A stretch of DNA of 7,656 bases from Candidatus Wukongarchaeum yapensis (GTDB lineage Archaea > Asgardarchaeota > Wukongarchaeia > Wukongarchaeales > Wukongarchaeaceae). The position numbers and the translations under genes were made by a program. The stretch is taken from contig JAEOSI010000105.1 in the NCBI GenBank assembly GCA_016840425.1, positions 1 through 7,656 on the forward strand, written 5' to 3'. How positions within the stretch are numbered: position 1 is the stretch's first letter; each line of letters opens with the position of its first letter. Below are positions 1 to 5,333 of this stretch, piece after piece. Under the pieces are notes generated by a model. It had not been told where the DNA came from, searched no databases, and was given only the letters and a program-made list of their open reading frames with translations.

Positions 1-1
1 A

Positions 2-145
2 GACGCAAAAAAAGATAAAAAAGCAATAAATTATTTGGTAGGGAAAATTATGGAAAAAACCAAGGGGAGAGCAGATCCTAAAATAACACAAAAAATAGTG
101 AAAAAAATGCTTAAAGGAAATAGAGAAGAACCAACTGCCGAATAA
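2..145 (+). CDS. gatB: Asp-tRNA(Asn)/Glu-tRNA(Gln) amidotransferase subunit B, C-terminal YqeY-like tail (5'-partial)
   Basis: Frame 2 reads DAKKDKKAINYLVGKIMEKTKGRADPKITQKIVKKMLKGNREEPTAE* (TAA at 143-145). AINYLVGKIMEKTKGRADPK fits the GatB C-terminal consensus (A.NFLVGQVM..TKGRADP). GatE has a related tail, but KGRADP is the GatB-type form. Not in the ORF track. Confidence 0.8.
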   Translation, partial: DAKKDKKAINYLVGKIMEKTKGRADPKITQKIVKKMLKGNREEPTAE

Positions 146-213
146 GGATTTAAAACTGACTTGGAGAAGTATACTGGTTTGTGGAAAGATGTCCTAAAGA
201 CCTTCTATTTAGA

Positions 214-237
214 TTTTTTGTATGCCATTAGTTTTTT
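214..237 (+). terminator. Possible oligo-T intrinsic terminator(s) downstream of gatB
   Basis: Two T6 tracts (214-219 and 232-237) lie in the convergent gatB/276-aa ORF spacer. Archaeal intrinsic termination often occurs at oligo-T tracts. The evidence is weak in AT-rich DNA. Confidence 0.3.
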
Positions 238-239
238 AT

Positions 240-1070
240 TTAGACTCGAATTAGTCGTGGGTTTTTGAAGAATTTAATTTCACTTTTCTCTAGTTCTAGC
301 TTATAACCTTTCCCAATGGCGTTTACTGTTTCTTTAATCTTGTCCTCAACCTCGTCCAAATATTTGAGTGTAGCCGCGAAAAGTTTGAGTGTATTTACGA
401 ATACCTTGTTTTTACCTAACTCTTCATCAAAAATCTTGATTTCAAACTCTCCTCCAATATCCAAGACTTTTCCATCAACTTCTGCTACTTTCTTACCTGT
501 CACGTCTTCTATATACCAATCACTACCTAATGAGAATCGATCCGCTTTAATCGTATACAAACCAACGGTTTCATCTTCATTGATTATTTGGAATGAATAA
601 TTTGCCCTCCAACGAGTGTGAAGCTTTTCAATTAGTGTTAAGTATTTTGTCCCGCTTACAACGCACATAAAGGCGGGCTGAGACTCTCCAACGCTAACGC
701 TGTTCTTAATCTCCCAACCAATGAGTTCTTCGATGGTACCGTCCCAATTTCCACTTTCGCTAAAAGCTTTGATGATTAACCGTCTCTTGTATTCATCCTC
801 TTTTTTGGCTCCTTTGGGTAACTCCCAAGGTCCGGTTCTCATGCCAACATGGCCTGCTTTTTCACCATCGACTTCTACGGCTCCAATCAAATCGAGATCA
901 CGACTAAACTGTCTAGACTTACTCATTCTAGTTTCTTTCTCTCTAATACCAATTTCCGCGCCATGGAGTCCCGTCTTCCATAAGTCTACCACGATTTTTT
1001 TAACGCCGCCCTTCTTTTTTTCCTCTTTTTTCTTCTTTTCTTCTTCCTCTTTTTTTCCCAAATTGAACAC
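240..1070 (-). CDS. Hypothetical protein, 276 aa; C-terminal half LURP-one-related / Tubby C-terminal / scramblase-like
   Basis: GTG start with no in-frame ATG upstream before the stop, and an AAGGGT SD-like motif. Codon usage looks natural and the overlapping ORFs are antisense shadows. Residues ~172-237 (YTIKADRFSLGSDWYIEDVTGKKVAEVDGKVLDIGGEFEIKIFDEELGKNKVFVNTLKLFAATLKY) resemble the LURP-one motif (k.fslgddf.I.D..G..va.vdgk...g..y.i.i) followed by a hydrophobic helix. Confidence in the CDS is high; the family call is by eye. Confidence 0.75.
   Translation of the reverse strand: MFNLGKKEEEEKKKKEEKKKGGVKKIVVDLWKTGLHGAEIGIREKETRMSKSRQFSRDLDLIGAVEVDGEKAGHVGMRTGPWELPKGAKKEDEYKRRLIIKAFSESGNWDGTIEELIGWEIKNSVSVGESQPAFMCVVSGTKYLTLIEKLHTRWRANYSFQIINEDETVGLYTIKADRFSLGSDWYIEDVTGKKVAEVDGKVLDIGGEFEIKIFDEELGKNKVFVNTLKLFAATLKYLDEVEDKIKETVNAIGKGYKLELEKSEIKFFKNPRLIRV
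1009..1059. repeat. 51-nt pure pyrimidine tract (+) encoding the K/E low-complexity N-terminal tail of the 276-aa protein
   Basis: 1009-1059 contains only C and T. TTCCTCTTTTTT occurs at 1020-1031 and 1044-1055 (period 24). The minus strand encodes KKEEEEKKKKEEKKK. Confidence 0.85.
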
Positions 1071-1100
1071 CCTATAAACCCTTAAAAGGTAAGAAAAGGG

Positions 1101-1120
1101 TTAAATTTAAAACTTTTTTT
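1101..1120 (-). promoter_or_regulatory. Putative BRE-TATA promoter for the 276-aa gene
   Basis: The minus strand reads AAAAAAAG-TTTTAAAT, an A-rich BRE followed by a TATA-like box, about 35 nt upstream of the GTG. Confidence 0.45.
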
Positions 1121-1190
1121 GTGTTCTGGTCTGTTCTATTTTTTTTATTCTTTTGCATCATACATAAATATTTACTCTTAAAAAATAAAC

Positions 1191-1210
1191 CGAAAAAGGT
1201 TATTTAAAAC
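1191..1210 (+). promoter_or_regulatory. Putative BRE-TATA promoter for the ZPR1 gene
   Basis: CGAAAAAGG-TTATTTAAAAC resembles an archaeal BRE plus TATA box, about 90 nt upstream of ATG 1301. Confidence 0.45.
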
Positions 1211-1300
1211 TATTTTTAATAGATGTCTTGTTATAAGAAGTATCAAGGTAATAGTTAGAAATTAAGATTGAGCGAAAGATTTTTAGGAGAACGTAGAAAC

Positions 1301-1978
1301 ATGGGAAAAAATTTAGGCGCAGATAGAGAGGTTCAAGAGGTAAAAAAGGAAGAAAAAATTGATGATTATTTAAGAGAGGTTCTGAAACGTTGGAACCTTA
1401 ATCAAATCAAAAATCAAAAATGTCCAATTTGTCAAGAAAAGGCTATGAGGGTCACGGAAAGCACCTATGATCTGCCTTATTTTAAAAAAATCATCCTTTT
1501 TAACATGAAATGTGATAGGTGTAATTTTAAGTTCAACGATATTTATATCGAAGATTTAAAAGACCCTATACGTTGCGCGCTTGTTATAGAAAACTCAGAG
1601 CATTTAAATGCACTAGTAATAAGATCGGTAGCTGGGACGATAAGGGTTCCAGAATTAGGAGCCTTTATAGAACCGGGACCTGTAGCTCAACCTTTTATTA
1701 CTACGGTAGAAGGGGTGTTTATTAGGATAAAAAATATGCTTGAGACAGCTATAAGATGGGCTGAAACTGAAAAACAAAAGGAAAGAGGAAGAGAAGTGCT
1801 GAGAAAATTGGAGATGGTATTAAAAGCAAAGATGAAAGTGACTTTAGAAATTGATGATTTATTTGGAAATTCTACTATAATACATGAAGATGTCAGAATG
1901 CGGCCTTTAACAGAAGAAGAAGTAATGAAGCTTGCTGAGAAGATTCCCGTGTTTAAGATAAAATATGCGGGAGATTAA
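1301..1978 (+). CDS. ZPR1-type C4 zinc-finger protein (archaeal single-repeat form), 225 aa
   Basis: CPIC...DLPYFKKI...MKCDRCNFK zinc finger, followed by RSVAGTIRVPELG, IEPGP, FITTVEG and TLEIDDLFGNS, all ZPR1 hallmarks. I prefer ATG 1301, which has AGGAGA at 1285-1290, over the track's TTG 1268. Confidence 0.92.
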   Translation: MGKNLGADREVQEVKKEEKIDDYLREVLKRWNLNQIKNQKCPICQEKAMRVTESTYDLPYFKKIILFNMKCDRCNFKFNDIYIEDLKDPIRCALVIENSEHLNALVIRSVAGTIRVPELGAFIEPGPVAQPFITTVEGVFIRIKNMLETAIRWAETEKQKERGREVLRKLEMVLKAKMKVTLEIDDLFGNSTIIHEDVRMRPLTEEEVMKLAEKIPVFKIKYAGD

Positions 1979-3246
1979 GTTGTTTCATAATCGTGGGTTT
2001 CGGCTACAATTATCCAGAGGGTTAGGTCTGTTTCTACGCCGGTTTCTTTTTCTATTCTCTGAGCTATCCTGTCACCGAATTCGTCGGATATTTCGTTTGT
2101 TACTATGATGTGTGCTTCTACGGTTAGCTTTTCATCATCTGAATCATAGGCGGCTTTTGTTTCGAGTAGTTTCGCTCCTTTATCTTCCTTATTTAGGTTG
2201 TCTACTTCTTCTTCTATGATTTTTATCGCTTTATTTTCTATATTGATGTAGTTGTAGGCGTTGATTGCTGCGTAGATTATTGGGGTGGAGGTAACGGTTA
2301 GGGCTATGGCTGCTATTAGTACTCTTTTCCTGAAGAGTTTTTTTGCGGCTATTTCTTTTCGTTTTGTTGTGGGTTTTATTCTGGTAGCCCAGAAGACGAG
2401 GGTACAGGCGACGTTTATGGCGAATATGTTTATGAGGAGTAGTCCTAGACTACCTTGAACGTAATCGTATTGGTTCATTCCTACTAGTACGCCTACATTG
2501 GTAGCCGGGGGTGCTAAACTTGCGGATATGGCAACGCCTACTAGTGTTGTTGCGTAGCCGTATACGAAGCAAATACCGGCTGCTAGTCCGCTGACAATGG
2601 CTAGTCCTACGTCTGCGGTTCTTGGTCTGGATCTTCCTAGTATTTCGCTGGTGAGGAAAGGTTCGGGGAAAAGTCTTGCGACAACGACTCCTGCGGCGAT
2701 ACATATCCCGATCCCAGCCATTTCCGCTTGTATAGAGTCTTTAAACATTTCTTTTTCAGAAATTACCGTGGAGAGTGATGTTGCTACAATGGGCCCCATA
2801 AGAGGTGCTATTATCATTGACCCGATAATCGCTACAACATTATTGGCTAACAACCCTAAAGCAGCCAATACTGCGGCAAAAGCGGTTAAAGCTAAATAAT
2901 TAACGGTCATTTTACCGTTTTCTTTAGCGGAGGTTGTTATTTCGTCAAGCGCTACTCTGCCCCAAGCTTTCCTTTTAAGCCTCTTTTTATTCTCAGAATC
3001 CTGCTCTAACAACTCACCCGAAAGAAAAAAAGTAACATTCGAAACAATAACCTTCCCTATAGCTCTCCCCACTCCGACCTGTTTTAACTCTAGTAGAAGT
3101 CCATCTACTTGAGTTTTTGGCAAGACGAGTATAAAAACTGTGTCGGAACCAGAATCAAGTTGATAATAAGACACGCCAAAGTCTTCTATTATTCCCCTTA
3201 TCTTTGCTTCATCGTCCTTTGAAACAATAATTTCTAAACGCCGCAA
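1975..3246 (-). CDS. TIGR00341 / DUF389 family integral membrane protein, 423 aa
   Basis: Soluble N-terminal domain (MRRLEIIVS...), then IIGSMIIAPLMGPI, EILGRSRP, LVGVAISASLAPPA and GSLGLLLINIFAI motifs with about 7 hydrophobic segments. TTG start preceded by AGGTAGGGGAG. Confidence 0.88.
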   Translation of the reverse strand: MRRLEIIVSKDDEAKIRGIIEDFGVSYYQLDSGSDTVFILVLPKTQVDGLLLELKQVGVGRAIGKVIVSNVTFFLSGELLEQDSENKKRLKRKAWGRVALDEITTSAKENGKMTVNYLALTAFAAVLAALGLLANNVVAIIGSMIIAPLMGPIVATSLSTVISEKEMFKDSIQAEMAGIGICIAAGVVVARLFPEPFLTSEILGRSRPRTADVGLAIVSGLAAGICFVYGYATTLVGVAISASLAPPATNVGVLVGMNQYDYVQGSLGLLLINIFAINVACTLVFWATRIKPTTKRKEIAAKKLFRKRVLIAAIALTVTSTPIIYAAINAYNYINIENKAIKIIEEEVDNLNKEDKGAKLLETKAAYDSDDEKLTVEAHIIVTNEISDEFGDRIAQRIEKETGVETDLTLWIIVAETHDYETT

Positions 3247-3308
3247 AATCTCCCCTACCTATCAACGAAAAACGGCTCAGTAAATCCATATAATATTACG
3301 AAACCTTT

Positions 3309-3325
3309 GCTAAAAAGATTTTCTC
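3309..3325 (-). promoter_or_regulatory. Possible internal BRE-TATA for the DUF389 gene
   Basis: The minus strand reads GAGAAAATC-TTTTTAGC within the 90-nt gatA-DUF389 spacer. Confidence 0.25.
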
Positions 3326-3336
3326 CATTATAAAGC

Positions 3337-4806
3337 TCAAAAATCGATTTGTGGAATCTTTTTATGCCAATTTGTATTCCTTTCATAGGTAAATGCTACC
3401 CTTATTATCTTACCCTCCTCACCAACCCCCGCCATAATCTGAAGCCCCACAGGCAAACCATCTGCAAAGCCGCAAGGCACTGAAATCGCAGGAATACCGA
3501 TAATGTTTGCAGTTACGGTGTTTATATCGCTCAAGTAAAGGGCAAGGGGATCATCTATCTTTTCGCCAATATTAAAAGCAGGAAACGGCATAGTAGGCCC
3601 CAATACCGCGTCAAAATCCTGCAAAGTCCTCTCAAAATCCTCTTTTAACAACGTACGAACCTTAAGCGCTCTCAAATAATACTGCTCATAGTATCCAGCA
3701 GAAAGCGCATAAGCTCCTAACATAATCCTCCTACGCACTTCCGCACCAAATCCCTCCCTGCGATTTTTTGAAAAAGCTTCATTCCAATCCTTCCCCTGCT
3801 CTCCCGAATTATATCCATAACGTACACCATCAAATCTTGCCAAATTAGAACTTGCTTCACTCATAGCTAGAATATAGTATGCTGGAAGCGCGTATTTCAA
3901 AGATGAAAGCGAAATTTCCTCGTAAGTTGCTCCCAACCCTTCCAAAACCTTAACAGCATCCCAAACTACTTTTTCTACTCTCTCATCTATCCCCTTACCA
4001 AAAAGTTCTTGAGGTACTCCAAAACGCATCCCTTGCACATCGTCAACCAAATACCTAGTATAATCCTCCCTCTTCGATGGTAAACTTGTCGCATCCTTAG
4101 GATCGTGACCAGAAAAAACGGTAAAAAAAAGCGCGCACTCCTCAACAGTTCTACCTATAGGCCCAATTTGTTCCAAACTATTAGCGTAAGCCACCAACCC
4201 GTATCTGCTTACACGACCAAAAGTAGGCTTGATTCCCACAACCCCACAAAAACTCGCAGGACACCTGATACTACCGCCAGTATCTGATCCAAAAGCCAAT
4301 AAAACTTCTCCAGAAGCCACAGCCGCCCCGCTACCCCCGCTACTCCCCCCAGGCACTTTCCCAATATCCCAAGGATTCCTCACAGGCCCAAAATAACTTG
4401 TCTCAGTACTGCTGCCCATTGCAAATTCATCAAGATTTGTCTTTCCCAAAACAATTCCTCCCTCGCCTCTAATCCTCTCAATAACAGTAGCATTATACAG
4501 CGGCTTAAAATTTTCAAGCATCCGAGAACCACAAGTACAAGGAACCCCTTCAACACAAATATTATCTTTAACCCCTATCGGAATCCCTGCAAGCCTACCA
4601 ACATCCTCCCCCATCCTAACCCTCTTATCAACTGTACGAGCAGCTTCAACTGCCACTTCGTCTAAAACAGAAATAAAACAGTTTAACGACCCGTCAATGT
4701 TTCTAATCCTATCAAACTTCTTCATTATCAACTCTTCAGCAGACAAGCTTCCCTCCTTAATCAATTGAACTGCTTTTATAGCTGTTAACTCATCAACATT
4801 CTCCAC
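3337..4806 (-). CDS. gatA: Amidotransferase subunit A (amidase signature family), 489 aa
   Basis: The Lys-cisSer-Ser triad is intact: K80 (GVKDN), S155 (GGSSGGS), S179 (GSDTGGSIR). GatA-specific motifs SSNLARFDGVRYG, GFGAEVRRRIMLG and LSAGYY are present. GTG start preceded by GGGGGGT. Confidence 0.97.
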   Translation of the reverse strand: MENVDELTAIKAVQLIKEGSLSAEELIMKKFDRIRNIDGSLNCFISVLDEVAVEAARTVDKRVRMGEDVGRLAGIPIGVKDNICVEGVPCTCGSRMLENFKPLYNATVIERIRGEGGIVLGKTNLDEFAMGSSTETSYFGPVRNPWDIGKVPGGSSGGSGAAVASGEVLLAFGSDTGGSIRCPASFCGVVGIKPTFGRVSRYGLVAYANSLEQIGPIGRTVEECALFFTVFSGHDPKDATSLPSKREDYTRYLVDDVQGMRFGVPQELFGKGIDERVEKVVWDAVKVLEGLGATYEEISLSSLKYALPAYYILAMSEASSNLARFDGVRYGYNSGEQGKDWNEAFSKNRREGFGAEVRRRIMLGAYALSAGYYEQYYLRALKVRTLLKEDFERTLQDFDAVLGPTMPFPAFNIGEKIDDPLALYLSDINTVTANIIGIPAISVPCGFADGLPVGLQIMAGVGEEGKIIRVAFTYERNTNWHKKIPQIDF

Positions 4807-4817
4807 ATACTACCCCC

Positions 4818-5135
4818 CTATAGAATCTTAGGCCCGATAATGTAACCCTTCTTCTTAAAAGGTACATTTTGCAAAACCTTCTCCACAGGTAAGCATTCTT
4901 CAACCTCATCTTTCCTAAAAACATTAGAAAGCTTAGTCACATGGTAAGTAGGCTCAACGTCTTCCAAATTTACGCTAGCTAACTCTGAAAACCATAAAAG
5001 AATATCTTCAAACTGCTTCCTAAACAACTCTTCCTCCTCAGGGGAAAGCGCTATTCTTGCCATCCACTCGATCTTCTTAACAGTATCCCGGTCTATAATA
5101 CTCTCTTTTTTATCACTATCATTCAAAGAATTCAA
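4818..5135 (-). CDS. gatC: Amidotransferase subunit C, 105 aa
   Basis: ARIALSPEEEE...DIL...VEPTYHV...NVFRKDEV...VLQNVP...GYIIGPKIL matches the GatC pattern, and the gene ends 11 nt upstream of the gatA start. TTG start; an in-frame TAG at 5151-5153 excludes an upstream ATG. Confidence 0.95.
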   Translation of the reverse strand: MNSLNDSDKKESIIDRDTVKKIEWMARIALSPEEEELFRKQFEDILLWFSELASVNLEDVEPTYHVTKLSNVFRKDEVEECLPVEKVLQNVPFKKKGYIIGPKIL

Positions 5136-5175
5136 CCCCTGATCACAAACCTATAAAAATAAGTATAAATTGTAT

Positions 5176-5191
5176 GAAAACCGTTTTAAAC
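5176..5191. promoter_or_regulatory. Possible bidirectional BRE-TATA core between gatC and rpl3
   Basis: The + strand reads GAAAACCG-TTTTAAAC and the - strand reads AAAACGG-TTTTCATA. Both are centred on the palindrome AAAAC-C-GTTTT (5177-5187). Confidence 0.4.
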
Positions 5192-5218
5192 AAATAGACT
5201 TACAAACAAATAGACTTA
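5188..5218 (+). repeat. Perfect 15-bp direct repeat AAACAAATAGACTTA x2 (period 16)
   Basis: Copies at 5188-5202 and 5204-5218, separated by a single C. Confidence 0.95.
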
Positions 5219-5232
5219 AAAACTTTTAAGTA
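5218..5232 (+). promoter_or_regulatory. Putative BRE-TATA promoter of the rpl3 operon
   Basis: AAAAAC-TTTTAAGTA, about 100 nt upstream of the rpl3 ATG. Confidence 0.5.
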
Positions 5233-5320
5233 GGATTTTCAGGAATATTAACAAATAATATCTTTACGTTATTCCTTTAAAACTCGTTATTAATAGTTTT
5301 ATTTCCGTTTCACTTTTGAA

Positions 5321-5327
5321 AGGAGGT
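5321..5327 (+). promoter_or_regulatory. Shine-Dalgarno site of rpl3
   Basis: AGGAGGT lies 6 nt before ATG 5334. This shows that the track's TTG start at 5316 reads through the RBS. Confidence 0.85.
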
Positions 5328-5333
5328 CCATTT

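Noticed and set aside
168-175. Palindrome AGTATACT in the convergent spacer
   Set aside because: An 8-bp palindrome is expected by chance in 7.6 kb, and there is no supporting context.
146-268. 40 stop-free codons in frame after the gatB TAA (possible readthrough, or a TTG-161 micro-ORF)
   Set aside because: No SD and no recognisable motif. It runs antisense into the 276-aa gene, GatB is already complete at its normal C-terminus, and this length can arise by chance.
316-1077. ORFs 316..600 (+) and 721..1077 (+)
   Set aside because: Antisense shadows of the 276-aa gene. Their Ser/Phe-rich composition mirrors its Lys/Glu codons.
1268-1300. TTG start for ZPR1 as given in the track
   Set aside because: The added segment contains the AGGAGA SD-like motif that serves ATG 1301. 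Not fully excluded.
2450-2899. ORFs 2450..2704 (-) and 2597..2899 (+)
   Set aside because: Alternative-frame and antisense shadows inside DUF389, kept open by the third-position bias.
4105-4287. ORF 4105..4287 (+)
   Set aside because: Short antisense ORF within gatA, with no motif or RBS.
5316-5333. MKGGPF N-terminal extension of uL3
   Set aside because: It translates the AGGAGGT SD. The conserved N-terminus begins at ATG 5334.
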